A stretch of DNA of 64,000 nt from an uncultured Planctomycetia bacterium (GTDB lineage Bacteria > Omnitrophota > Gorgyraeia > Gorgyraeales > Gorgyraeaceae): contig CAYPYS010000003.1 in NCBI GenBank assembly GCA_964415355.1, positions 4,156 to 68,155 of the forward strand, given 5' to 3'. Both the position numbers and the translations under genes were made by a program. The notes beneath the pieces were generated by a model. It was not told the origin of the DNA, did no database searches, and was given only the letters and a program-made list of their open reading frames with translations. Positions 48,174 to 58,412 of the stretch are shown in pieces. Numbering within the stretch: position 1 is the first letter of the stretch; each line of letters opens with the position of its first letter.

Positions 48174-49129
48174 TTATGAAGCGTATGCTTTGCCCTGATA
48201 AAATCCAAATTAAATCTTTGAAAAAGACGTATCGCTTCGCGGTTGGAAAGCCTGGTAGGGCATTCTACGCAATCATAATTCAAGGTCACATCCTCGAGCA
48301 TAGATTTCATCAGGCCTACGATGGCACCTTTTGCATAGGGCGCAACAGCCATAAGCGCTCCCTCTCCCATAATCCTGTAATCGCTAATACCCTGTAAATA
48401 TTTGCAAGGCCTATGCGTAAAAAAGCCTACAGGTTTATCTGCCTTTAGTGCCACAAACACCGTGTCTGCGCGCGAATTATTCTTAATCCACTCGCTATAT
48501 AAAGAATCTGCCCTGTCTTTTGGTATAAAGGGGTCCAGATGAAATCGGTCCTGAGAAAAAGACCTGCCTGCTATCTCCATAAGGGAAGCAAGGTCTTCGT
48601 CTTTATATCTTCTAACCTTATAAATCGTACGAAGAGAAGGTATTTTATGTTTTTTTGGTTTAAATACAAATGTAACTATCGTGTCCATTATTTTAAAACC
48701 GTTTTTTTTCAATATATGGATCCCTGATAAATCCTCCACATCGATCTTGCAGCTTAGATGCCTGAAGCGTTCTTCCCTGCATATATCTAACAGAAAAGAA
48801 AGTAATCCATCCTTTATCTCGGATTCCTTTTCATAGTTATCTGCGGAAATAATATGCCCTATCCCGCCCATCTTGATGCCGAAATGCCCTGTGTCCCATT
48901 CTAGCAAGCTAAGGGATGCGAGGGCCCTGGCCGTATCATTTACTTTAGCTAACAATATCCGATTATTTTTACAACCCGCTGGATCAGATATCTGTTTTAA
49001 TAAGCAGGCCTCCTGGTGTTCTTTATTTATCTCCCCGTAGCTTCTTAAATCATTATACCTGTATCCTGATATTAATCTTTTAATGTCGTCGGATACAGTA
49101 CCGGCCCTGGCTGAAATGATCTCTATCAT
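48164..49129 (-). CDS. Hypothetical protein, possibly tandem-GNAT acyltransferase (WecD-like)
   Basis: C-terminal half has a GNAT-like beta-bulge region (RFHLDPFIP...VGFFTHRP...GALMAVAPYAKG). Weak assignment. Confidence 0.3.
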   Translation of the reverse strand: MIEIISARAGTVSDDIKRLISGYRYNDLRSYGEINKEHQEACLLKQISDPAGCKNNRILLAKVNDTARALASLSLLEWDTGHFGIKMGGIGHIISADNYEKESEIKDGLLSFLLDICREERFRHLSCKIDVEDLSGIHILKKNGFKIMDTIVTFVFKPKKHKIPSLRTIYKVRRYKDEDLASLMEIAGRSFSQDRFHLDPFIPKDRADSLYSEWIKNNSRADTVFVALKADKPVGFFTHRPCKYLQGISDYRIMGEGALMAVAPYAKGAIVGLMKSMLEDVTLNYDCVECPTRLSNREAIRLFQRFNLDFIRAKHTLHKCL

Positions 49130-49854
49130 AAATTTACCCGGTAACCCGCCCTATAATGAATACTGCGGGGGCATCTCCTTGATATCTCTCCAAAGTTAAC
49201 CCAGAAATCCACTCCGCCTCTTATTATCTTAAATAAGTTATACTTCGAAACTCCTTTTTTTCTGGGCAGGTGCCTGACCTCGATCTCGATCACTGACTCA
49301 GTCAGCCTAGCCAATAAAGGCTTGAGAAATCTCCTGTCTGCATCCAGTCCTTTAAGTCGCTCAAGGAGTTCCCTTCTGACCGCAAACAGGCCACACCCGT
49401 AATCCTTGAGAGGCACCTTTGTCCTGTAACTTATAATATTATTGGCAAAAAGAGAACATAATTTCCTTAACGCAGGATCCTTCCTGTTTTTCCTCCAGCC
49501 ATTGACAAAGAGATAGCCTTTATTGATATATTCCAACATACGGATAATGTCTTCTGGATCATTTTGCAGATCTCCGTCCATATTTATTACGACTTCGCCC
49601 TTCGAATGTTCAAATCCAGAGAGGATTGCAGGAAGCTGGCCGCGGTTCTTTTTAAATCTTACAAGTTTTACGCGATTATTTTCTGTCTGGATGTTTCTTA
49701 TAAGATCATACGTCCTGTCATAGCTTCCATCATCTATAAATACTATCTCATGGTTTTTTTTGAGCGAAGTCAGTACGCCATTTATCCGACGATAAAGCTC
49801 GTTTATGCTATTTTCTTCATTAAACAAAGGTATAACTACGGATACCTCTATCAT
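49126..49854 (-). CDS. GT2-family glycosyltransferase (polyprenyl-phosphate glycosyltransferase-like)
   Basis: VVIPLFNEENSI...VFIDDGSYDRT...NMDGDLQNDP; start taken at MIEVSVV. Confidence 0.8.
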   Translation of the reverse strand: MIEVSVVIPLFNEENSINELYRRINGVLTSLKKNHEIVFIDDGSYDRTYDLIRNIQTENNRVKLVRFKKNRGQLPAILSGFEHSKGEVVINMDGDLQNDPEDIIRMLEYINKGYLFVNGWRKNRKDPALRKLCSLFANNIISYRTKVPLKDYGCGLFAVRRELLERLKGLDADRRFLKPLLARLTESVIEIEVRHLPRKKGVSKYNLFKIIRGGVDFWVNFGEISRRCPRSIHYRAGYRVNL

Positions 49855-49856
49855 GC

Positions 49857-51209
49857 CTATACCTTCTCCTTGCTTGTTACCGATATTTGCCGTAGGCAGG
49901 ATGAACGGCGAATTTCTCCATCCGGAAAATCCGAGTAAAGATTGCATGTATCGACAAGCTCTAAATCTATATTCAGAGCTGTGTGAAAGGTCCCCACGAT
50001 AATACTGAATACATCAAACCTGATCAAATCTGGGAACTTTTTTTTGCATAACTGTTTTAAAATAGATTTTGCGCTTCGCAGCATGAAACTCCTTAGCTTT
50101 CTTCTGGTCAGAAATTCTTTTATAAAAAAATGGTAGGGGAAATGTAGAAATAGCCTGGTTTTTTTAAAATTATTTTTTCCGTCCAAGCGGTCATTGATAT
50201 CTTTTAGATACATGTTTAACCGCCTGAGGTCTATTAACTGGCCCATAGTTACAAGGCCTCCGTTATCCGATGCAACATAAGCCCTCATTTCGCACCATGG
50301 CTGCTTGTTCTCTTTTCTTCCGGTTACCTTTCTGAGGATTTCAAACGCATAATAACTAAAAGCAGTGCTGTCAATGAAATCTCCCGTGCTAAGGCCAGAC
50401 TGCGCCTTTATCTCTCCAAAGATGTCTGACATATTCATTGGTTCATGTTCGCCCACGCGTCCCATTTCCCAAACAGGGTTAAAATTAATTATCTTTATAG
50501 ATCTGCTGTTTTCAGAGGCAAATTTAATTATATTCCCTATCTGGTCTATGTTCAAATCTTTGACCAGCATTATGAATAAATATATGGGTATCTCGACCTG
50601 CTTCAAATTTTCTACTGCAATGGATTTTACAGCCGCAAGCCTTTCCCCTCTCAGGATCTCGCACTGGCGCTCATCAAATGTGTCGAACTGCAGGATCACC
50701 AGATCAACGCCTGTTTTTTTCAATCTACGGACGAATCCGATGTCCGCAAGTCTTTTCCCATTAGTAAATAAAAAGACTCTATATCCTGACTCTTTGATTT
50801 CCCTGATAATATCAAAAAGATCCTCTCTCAGTGTAGGCTCGCCGCCTGATAAGTAAATCGTAGATCCAGTAAATCCAGAAATCCTGTTCTTTATCTCTTT
50901 AATAGAAGGCTCTTTCATTTCAATCTCATTCGCCATGGCAAAACAAAAAGGGCAGTTCATATTGCACCTGGAATTAAGATTTATAACAAGGCCCTCTGGA
51001 TGCATCTTAGGCCTGTTGTTGTCCTTAAATAGTTTCTCTGTGGAGCTGTATTGCGACAGATCCCCCAGGGGATGACGCGCTTTAAAATATCCATGCCTCT
51101 TACAGGTCTTGTCGATATACAGCTTACCCTTTTCTTCTACAACCCGGGCATTGATGATCTCCAGGCACTCAGGGCATAAACTTCTGGTTCCGGAAATAAA
51201 TCTCTCCAT
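49857..51209 (-). CDS. Radical SAM enzyme with N-terminal CxxC zinc-ribbon/rubredoxin-like motif, no SPASM Cys cluster (paralog 1 of 3)
   Basis: SLCPECLEI...DKTCKRHGYF then CNMNCPFC, GGEPTL, and D..D-rich TIM-barrel motifs. Start taken at MERFISG. Confidence 0.7.
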   Translation of the reverse strand: MERFISGTRSLCPECLEIINARVVEEKGKLYIDKTCKRHGYFKARHPLGDLSQYSSTEKLFKDNNRPKMHPEGLVINLNSRCNMNCPFCFAMANEIEMKEPSIKEIKNRISGFTGSTIYLSGGEPTLREDLFDIIREIKESGYRVFLFTNGKRLADIGFVRRLKKTGVDLVILQFDTFDERQCEILRGERLAAVKSIAVENLKQVEIPIYLFIMLVKDLNIDQIGNIIKFASENSRSIKIINFNPVWEMGRVGEHEPMNMSDIFGEIKAQSGLSTGDFIDSTAFSYYAFEILRKVTGRKENKQPWCEMRAYVASDNGGLVTMGQLIDLRRLNMYLKDINDRLDGKNNFKKTRLFLHFPYHFFIKEFLTRRKLRSFMLRSAKSILKQLCKKKFPDLIRFDVFSIIVGTFHTALNIDLELVDTCNLYSDFPDGEIRRSSCLRQISVTSKEKV

Positions 51210-51240
51210 AACTCCTTCTGCGACTCCAGTCCGTAAACTC

Positions 51241-52731
51241 TTAATACCTACATCTATACAGATCTTCCCTGATGTACCTGGATACAGTAGTCTGGTACAG
51301 CTCTCCAAAGATAGCCGGGTGATTCAAAGGCCGCCTCCTGCGTCTATCTATCGAAAGAATAAACTTCAAGATGTCTAATAAAAAATACAGCCCCTTTAAT
51401 CTTATCCCCTGTCTTAAAAATCTCAGCACCTTAGATGCCTTTGCCCTGGTCATGATCCAGGACAATTCTTTCCTGGCAAGGCCTTTTAATTCTATGGTCT
51501 TTTTTACCCAAATATAAACGATCTTCTTTTTTTTGGATTTTTTACCATATGATATTCTATTTTTTGAATCAACCTGCTTTCCCAGAGAAGTATGAGGAAA
51601 AAGCTGATAATATAAAAAATCTGTACGTATAGGGTTAAAGGTCCTGGACATTGCCAGGCTTCTCTCCGCCGTATCTCTGTTTTCTTGAGGAAAGCCCAGG
51701 ATCATGGTGAATTTATAAGGAATATTGTAGCGCTCTAAGTTGCCGACTGCTGTCCTTATATCATTATCTAAAACATCCTTTTTTAAAATATTTCTCCTTA
51801 GATTCTCGTCTCCTGATTCTATACCCAAGCACACCATGCCGCAGCCGGCTGCCCTTGCCCTCTTTGCCCAATCATCATCGATTACATCAGCCCTTGTCTG
51901 ACAGCTCCAGGTCAGTTTTCTGTTAAGGCCTGAATCTATAAATGCTGAGCAAAACTCTCTGAAATTTTCTTTATCCAATCCGAATATCTCATCGTTAAAA
52001 AATATAGTTTTAAACCAGCTGCCGTATTTTTCATAATTAATCCTTATCTCGTCTATTACATTTTTAGGTCTCCTGACCCTGTAGTATTTGCCGGGGTTGG
52101 AATTCGATATAGCCGGGTTTGTACAAAATGCACAATCGTATGGGCAGCCCCTGGAATGGGTATGTATCAGGCTATTTGGATAATAATCCCCCATGCCAGA
52201 ATACCTTTCGATGTCCCAATGATCCCAGTTCGGGAACGCCATGCTATCCAGATCATCCTGGAACGGCCTTAATCTGTTCCTGATTATTTTCTTATCCTTA
52301 TCCTTATACCACATACCGTCTATCTTAAGATCTTCCCCCATCTCCAATCTATCTAAGAGCTCTGCTGCTGTCTTTTCTCCGTCTCCTATGCAAACCGCAT
52401 CCACGCAAGGGTTGCCTATAACTGCCTCGGGATTTAAAGTGCAATGCACTCCGCCAAATACAACCATTATATCTGGATTTATCTCTTTTATAAATTCGGC
52501 TATCTCACTGGCTATTGAATAATTGGGGCTTAATACTGAGATGCCCACTACATCAGGCCTGTACTCATTGATCTCATCAATGATATATTCCCTGTAATTT
52601 TTATATCTGAATCCCAGATCCAATAATCTCACGTCATGTTTTTTCTCCACGGAAGACATGATATACGCCAGGCCTATATTAGGGACTTCCGGAAAAAATG
52701 TTGGATTTATAAATATAGCTTTCATAGTCAA
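51241..52731 (-). CDS. Cobalamin-binding (class B) radical SAM enzyme, paralog D
   Basis: NIGLAYIMSSVEKKHDVRLLD...VVFGGVHCTLNPE; HSRGCPYDCAFCTN. Confidence 0.8.
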   Translation of the reverse strand: MTMKAIFINPTFFPEVPNIGLAYIMSSVEKKHDVRLLDLGFRYKNYREYIIDEINEYRPDVVGISVLSPNYSIASEIAEFIKEINPDIMVVFGGVHCTLNPEAVIGNPCVDAVCIGDGEKTAAELLDRLEMGEDLKIDGMWYKDKDKKIIRNRLRPFQDDLDSMAFPNWDHWDIERYSGMGDYYPNSLIHTHSRGCPYDCAFCTNPAISNSNPGKYYRVRRPKNVIDEIRINYEKYGSWFKTIFFNDEIFGLDKENFREFCSAFIDSGLNRKLTWSCQTRADVIDDDWAKRARAAGCGMVCLGIESGDENLRRNILKKDVLDNDIRTAVGNLERYNIPYKFTMILGFPQENRDTAERSLAMSRTFNPIRTDFLYYQLFPHTSLGKQVDSKNRISYGKKSKKKKIVYIWVKKTIELKGLARKELSWIMTRAKASKVLRFLRQGIRLKGLYFLLDILKFILSIDRRRRRPLNHPAIFGELYQTTVSRYIREDLYRCRY

Positions 52732-52735
52732 TAAA

Positions 52736-54073
52736 TTAAGGTTGCCTGCTATCTTTAAGGATCTCGCTGAAACAATGGCAGAATAAATTTTCTCTATAAT
52801 CAGAAAAAATATTACAGTGTTTGAAAATATCTATATCGGAATTAGAGGGCTCCACAAATGAACCTACCCTGACATGAAACGAAGACCTGTATCTGTTAAC
52901 AGGGTATTGTTTGTTAAAAAAGGAGCGAGATGAAGACAGGATCGTTCGAAACATAAAAGGTAAAAGCCTTATATTAAATAATGCGGGATTTACTAGAAAA
53001 AAATAAGCTATTTTCAAGGCAATATACCACTTCGACGGAAAAGGCCTTTCATTCAATCTCTGGTATATTTTTCTTAAAAAATTATTTATTTTTTTGAGGT
53101 CTATAAGCCTGACCAAAGGAGTAATGGCCCCGTCAATAACCAGAAAATGGCAATCTACATTGCACATCGAAGAGCGATTAAAGTTCTTATTGATAAAAAA
53201 ATTGAACAACTCTGAGACATAAAAATCGAACACAGTATAAGTGACAAAGTCATCTTCACTGATGCCTGACTCTTTTTCCAGTATCTCGAGGACCTCTGTC
53301 TTGGTAAAATCTCTGTGGCCCGGATTCCTACCGAGAGACCACGCTGGTATAAAAAAAACGGTTTTAATAATATCACTGTTCTCGGCAGCGTATCTGAAAA
53401 TATTGCCGATCTGATTATCATTTACTCCTTTTACCAGCATTACCCAGAGCTGCAACAATATCTTTGTCCGTTTCAGATTATGAACTACCTTCAGTTTTAT
53501 ATCCAGCAGATCCTCCTGCCTTAAGATATTATAATGCCTGTCGTCAAGCGTATCAAACTGTAACTGAATAATATCCAGTCCTGTCTTTTCTAATCCCCTT
53601 ATATAACTTTCATCCGTCAATCTTTTGCCATTAGTCATCAGTATGACCTTAAATCTCTTTTCTTTGAGTCGGCGTATAATCTCAAACAGATCACTCCTCA
53701 GGGTCGGTTCGCCGCCGCAGAGATATATATATTGCCCCTTGAAATTACTGGTTCTATCGATAACGTCATCCACGGAGGGCTCAGGAGTATCTTTTTTATT
53801 GCCATCGGAGAAACAAAAATTACAGGACTGATTACAATCGTAATTCAGATAGATCAATAGCGCAATTGGATGACCCTTGGGCTTTCCCCTGTACAGATCC
53901 CCAATGCTCCGGTAAAGATCCAGCCGCGGCCAGAAATACAGGTTTTCGAAGCTTCCATCCCTAGGGCAATCCTTGCGAATAAATATATTTCCGTCATCCT
54001 CAAAGACGACCGCCCCGACCATCTCCCTGCATGTTGGACAGAAACCCTTTGTTTTCTTCAATATCTTTTCCAT
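52736..54073 (-). CDS. Radical SAM enzyme with N-terminal CxxC zinc-ribbon (paralog 2 of 3)
   Basis: GFCPTCREM...KDCPRDGSF; CNQSCNFC; GGEPTL. Confidence 0.7.
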   Translation of the reverse strand: MEKILKKTKGFCPTCREMVGAVVFEDDGNIFIRKDCPRDGSFENLYFWPRLDLYRSIGDLYRGKPKGHPIALLIYLNYDCNQSCNFCFSDGNKKDTPEPSVDDVIDRTSNFKGQYIYLCGGEPTLRSDLFEIIRRLKEKRFKVILMTNGKRLTDESYIRGLEKTGLDIIQLQFDTLDDRHYNILRQEDLLDIKLKVVHNLKRTKILLQLWVMLVKGVNDNQIGNIFRYAAENSDIIKTVFFIPAWSLGRNPGHRDFTKTEVLEILEKESGISEDDFVTYTVFDFYVSELFNFFINKNFNRSSMCNVDCHFLVIDGAITPLVRLIDLKKINNFLRKIYQRLNERPFPSKWYIALKIAYFFLVNPALFNIRLLPFMFRTILSSSRSFFNKQYPVNRYRSSFHVRVGSFVEPSNSDIDIFKHCNIFSDYRENLFCHCFSEILKDSRQP

Positions 54074-54096
54074 AAAGCGGTTGCGGATTCTAATCG

Positions 54097-55464
54097 TTAT
54101 CGATCGACATCGTCGTCGTAAATATGCCTGATACAGGCAGAAGCCATCCCCTTATCATCTAACAGATCAGAATATAATGTGCACCTCTTTACTATATCGA
54201 GATCAATATTATATTTATTATGAAATACCCCTACCATAATACTCAATATATTTACCGGCTTAAAGACCTCTTTTAATGAACGTCTCTTCCATAACATATT
54301 AAATATATCGGCGATGATCTTTTTATAAAATTTCCATAATTGTATATTAAATATTAATTCCCTCATCAGAAAAAAGTAAGGCAGGGTAAACGTCAGGCGT
54401 AACCAATTTTTTGCCTTACCTTTGTCTTTAAGCGAGCTTATTATAAGCTTTAAATGCCTGTTTATCCTTTCAAGATCGACTATCTTATTTAATGGCTTTA
54501 TATCCCCTTCGTTAAACTTAAAGACATAACACCTCAGGGCACAGCCAGGTTGCCTGGTCCACATTTTACCGATCAATTTTCTCTGGACTTCGAATAAAAG
54601 CAGGGCAAATTCGGTGCAGACTATAAAATCATCGACACTTAGAGATGTCTGGCTTTCCAGTTCTTCCAGTATCCTCGAATTGGATATGCGGCCAAACTCG
54701 GAATACCTGCCAAGCTGCCATATAGGCGTGAAATTGAGGATCTTTACGCTTCTTATATTCTCTAAACTAAATCTGACCAATCTACCTATCTGATCCGTAT
54801 TTACATTGTCCACTATCACGCTGAATAAAAATATCCATATCCCTGCCTTGTTTAAATTGTCCACGGCCTTCTTTTTTATACCTGTCAATCTATCTCCCCT
54901 CATCGCTTCTTGATCATCATCGTCCAGGCTGTCAAATTGTAAATCCACCAAGTCCAGGCCGGCGGCTTTTAACTTCCTCACGTAATCCATGTTCTTTAAT
55001 TTCTTTCCATTCGTCATCAGACAGACCTTGAATCCTTTCTTTTTCAGCCTGCTGATTATCTCGAACAGATCCTCCCTTAAAGTCGGTTCTCCTCCGGACA
55101 AAAGAATATACTCTCCGTGATAATCCTTAACTCTATCTAAAATCTCCTCTATCGAAGGGTCTTTTCTTCTCGCCTTCTCTTCATTAACGCGCATATAACA
55201 GATCGGGCATTTCTGATTGCACTTAAAGGTTATGTATAATATCAAATCGCGAGGATAAAAATCGCATGCGCCTTCTATATGGCTGAATATCCTGTTCATG
55301 CCGGCATAGACCTTATGGGTGTCGAAAACATGCCTGACTTCAAACATGCCGTGTCTTTTGCAGGTCTTGTTTAAATAAAGAATACCTTGTTTTTCGATCA
55401 CCCTGGCATCGATGATTTCAAGGCATTCCGGACACATGCTTTTTGTGCAATCAATGATATTCAT
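54097..55464 (-). CDS. Radical SAM enzyme with N-terminal CxxC zinc-ribbon (paralog 3 of 3)
   Basis: SMCPECLEI...KTCKRHGMF; CNQKCPICY; SGGEPTL. Start taken at MNIIDCTK. Confidence 0.7.
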   Translation of the reverse strand: MNIIDCTKSMCPECLEIIDARVIEKQGILYLNKTCKRHGMFEVRHVFDTHKVYAGMNRIFSHIEGACDFYPRDLILYITFKCNQKCPICYMRVNEEKARRKDPSIEEILDRVKDYHGEYILLSGGEPTLREDLFEIISRLKKKGFKVCLMTNGKKLKNMDYVRKLKAAGLDLVDLQFDSLDDDDQEAMRGDRLTGIKKKAVDNLNKAGIWIFLFSVIVDNVNTDQIGRLVRFSLENIRSVKILNFTPIWQLGRYSEFGRISNSRILEELESQTSLSVDDFIVCTEFALLLFEVQRKLIGKMWTRQPGCALRCYVFKFNEGDIKPLNKIVDLERINRHLKLIISSLKDKGKAKNWLRLTFTLPYFFLMRELIFNIQLWKFYKKIIADIFNMLWKRRSLKEVFKPVNILSIMVGVFHNKYNIDLDIVKRCTLYSDLLDDKGMASACIRHIYDDDVDR

Positions 55465-55465
55465 T

Positions 55466-56938
55466 TTATCCCCTGTCATACCGTTTATCAGCATCAATGA
55501 TATATTTATAGATAGTCCTGCCCTGGAGATCACGATACATATAATAAATTTTCTGGTACCATAAATCATCCTTGGTCATAAAAATAATACTATTAATTAC
55601 GTCTGTGAAAAATCTTAGGCCTTTGTACTTCAAGCCGCGCTTTAAAAATACACATAACATCCTAAATCTTATGCCCCACATAATTCTATTTAATCGCCTT
55701 TTATTCAATGCCTTCGGCTTCACAGCAAGCCTGTTCCATGATCTTTTTATTTCTTCATCTTCTATTTTAGGATTAACCTTTCTCGCTCTCTCCCCCAGTT
55801 CGGTCTTGGGAAGCGGGTAATAAAAATTAAAATACGCCATAAAAGGGTCCATTTCCTTGATAAGATTTAAACTATTCTTAATGCTCTTATTTGTCTCTTC
55901 CGGGCATCCTATTAAAAAATTCATCTTGTACTCTATCCCATTATCCCTAAGTATCGTCGCAGCATCACATATCTGTTTCCTGTTTATATTCTTTTTATAG
56001 ACACTATTTCTTATGTAATCATCACCTGACTCTATGCCAAGCGAGACCAGAAAGCACCCTGCCCTCCTGGTTTGCCTTGCCCATTCATCTGTAACAATAT
56101 CGCATCGTGTCTGACATCCCCATGGCAGCCTCTTGTTCAATCCTTCCTTTATGTATAAATCAGAAAATTCCTTCAAAAATCTCTTGTCCAACCCAAAGAT
56201 ATCATCGCACACGTAAAGAGCCTTGAGTCCTTTATCGGCATACTTATCTATATTAATTTTTATCTCCTTAATCACATTCTCAGCGCTACGGGTCCTATAA
56301 TACCTACCCTCCGCGATATTTCTAAGGGCATGACACGAACAATAACTGCAGTCATAAGGGCAGCCTCTAGAGGCAAGGACATATAGGCTCCCGGTAACTA
56401 ATACACTAGACTCCAGGTATAAATCAACATCCCAGCGATCCCAATTAGGAAATGGTATATCGTCCAGGTCTTCATTAAAAGGCCTGGGCGCATTCCTTGT
56501 TATGTTCCCCTTCCTGTCTTTGTGCCATATGCCGGGCACCATTGGTTCCTGCCCTTTTTCCAGCGCGTTAAGATATTCCAAAAAAGACCTTTCGCCCTCT
56601 CCTATACATATTGCATCAACCAAGGGATGCTGTATGGTCTCCTCTGGGACCAATGTAGGGTGAACACCTCCTAATATCAATGGCGTATCCGGATAAATCT
56701 CTTTTATAAACCTGGCCATGAAAAGGGCGTTTTGAAACGTGAAGCTCGTGACTGAAAAACCTACTATATCAGGCTTATCTTTGAGGTTTTCCCTTAAAAT
56801 CTTTAAGTAATCCTTTGAATTAAATATAAGATCTACGAGCTTCACGTCATGCCTGTGCTCGATAGAGGATACAAGATATGCGAGGCCTATATTAGGAACT
56901 TTATCCTGTAGATTACAGTTAATCAATGTTACTTTCAT
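55466..56938 (-). CDS. Cobalamin-binding (class B) radical SAM enzyme, paralog E
   Basis: NIGLAYLVSSIEHRHDVKLVD...LILGGVHPTLVPE; ASRGCPYDCSYCSCH. Paralog of D. Confidence 0.8.
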   Translation of the reverse strand: MKVTLINCNLQDKVPNIGLAYLVSSIEHRHDVKLVDLIFNSKDYLKILRENLKDKPDIVGFSVTSFTFQNALFMARFIKEIYPDTPLILGGVHPTLVPEETIQHPLVDAICIGEGERSFLEYLNALEKGQEPMVPGIWHKDRKGNITRNAPRPFNEDLDDIPFPNWDRWDVDLYLESSVLVTGSLYVLASRGCPYDCSYCSCHALRNIAEGRYYRTRSAENVIKEIKINIDKYADKGLKALYVCDDIFGLDKRFLKEFSDLYIKEGLNKRLPWGCQTRCDIVTDEWARQTRRAGCFLVSLGIESGDDYIRNSVYKKNINRKQICDAATILRDNGIEYKMNFLIGCPEETNKSIKNSLNLIKEMDPFMAYFNFYYPLPKTELGERARKVNPKIEDEEIKRSWNRLAVKPKALNKRRLNRIMWGIRFRMLCVFLKRGLKYKGLRFFTDVINSIIFMTKDDLWYQKIYYMYRDLQGRTIYKYIIDADKRYDRG

Positions 56939-58380
56939 GATTTATAAGATGTGGAAATTATTCTCATAATTACCCTGACTAATCCACGCGTTAAACGTAA
57001 AAATTCTCCGATGGTGCGGATCTTTTTGGCCCTTTTTAAAATATACCCTAATCTGAGATAAAAAGAGCGAGTACTTATCCTAATGAGGCTTTTTAATTCT
57101 TTATATGTCATGGAAAACGGCACAAATGTGACATTCGCCAGATCGAACGGGCCATCTGAAACGATCTCCCCCCACTCTGAAGCCTTTTCAGAAAGAATGG
57201 TCCTGGGAAACGGGGTCAGATTGCTGAATGAGGCGTAGTCCAGATCTAAATCGCAGGCAAGTCTTATAGTTTTCAGGGCGTCTTCATAGGTCTCTCCGGG
57301 AATGCCTATTATAAAACTGCCCAGCACCTCTATACCTTCGCTCTTTGCAATATTCACGGCTTCCTTTATTCTACCAGCGTCTATATTTTTATTTAAAAAA
57401 TCCAGGTTTCTTTGAACCGCCGACTCTATGCCATATAGAATCTTCCAGCATCCTGCCTTTTTCATTATTCTAAGTTGTTCAGGGGAAACAGCATCGACTC
57501 TCATCTCTGTGCTCCAAACAATATCCAGGCCTCTCCGCAATATCTCCTCGCATATCTCTATTATCCTGTCCCTGTAAACAGATAAAGAATTATCGAGCAG
57601 GGTAAAATCTCTCACAGAGTATTTTTTAACGCAATATTCTATCTCGTCGACTATATTCCCCGGGCTTCTTACCCTGGAATCCCTCTCTGTATCACAATAT
57701 ATGCAGCCGTATGGACAGCCTCTTGAACAGTAAATATACGTATGCGGCAATTCTTTATAAGTCCCGGAAGGAGGGATGTAATCCCTTTCGCAGACCATGT
57801 CTCTATCAGGAAAAGGTAAGATATCCAAATCCTTAATAACAGGCCTTGGAGAATTGATAATAATCTCGCCATTTTCCCTGACTATAGACCCGCATACCCC
57901 TTTCATTGTCTCCGACCTGGATATCCTTGACGCTATTTCTGAAAATGTGTATTCGCCTTCTCCGTATACTACGCCATCCAGTTCAGGCGCCTCTTCCAAT
58001 CCTTTTTCTTTTATCGCTGACGGGTATCTACCGCCAACAAATATCTTTATGCGCGGAAAAAGTTGTTTCAATAATCTCGCTGTTCTTTTGACATTTGGCC
58101 AGTTGCATATAAGGGACGTTACGCCTACGATCTCTATCGAGTTCTGTCTTATGTTCTCAGCCACCTCATGAAGTGTCCTGAAATAATGCCCCTCCATGTA
58201 AAAGACATTGTGTCCTTTTTGCCTCAGTATCCGAGATAAAGAAAGCAATGAGAAAGAAGGAAGATTTTCAAAAATCCTGTTGGGTGGAATCAACCCAAAA
58301 AACCTGATGATCTTCCTGTCAAAGAACAGATCTGTTTCCCTGCGGTTATTTGATGGAACAGTCAATAATAATATATTCAT
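56935..58380 (-). CDS. Cobalamin-binding (class B) radical SAM enzyme, paralog F
   Basis: B12-like N-domain; IYCSRGCPYGCIYCDTE. Confidence 0.75.
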   Translation of the reverse strand: MNILLLTVPSNNRRETDLFFDRKIIRFFGLIPPNRIFENLPSFSLLSLSRILRQKGHNVFYMEGHYFRTLHEVAENIRQNSIEIVGVTSLICNWPNVKRTARLLKQLFPRIKIFVGGRYPSAIKEKGLEEAPELDGVVYGEGEYTFSEIASRISRSETMKGVCGSIVRENGEIIINSPRPVIKDLDILPFPDRDMVCERDYIPPSGTYKELPHTYIYCSRGCPYGCIYCDTERDSRVRSPGNIVDEIEYCVKKYSVRDFTLLDNSLSVYRDRIIEICEEILRRGLDIVWSTEMRVDAVSPEQLRIMKKAGCWKILYGIESAVQRNLDFLNKNIDAGRIKEAVNIAKSEGIEVLGSFIIGIPGETYEDALKTIRLACDLDLDYASFSNLTPFPRTILSEKASEWGEIVSDGPFDLANVTFVPFSMTYKELKSLIRISTRSFYLRLGYILKRAKKIRTIGEFLRLTRGLVRVIMRIISTSYKS

Positions 58381-58412
58381 TTATTCATCTTGCTCGCGTC
58401 CTACATTTAAAA

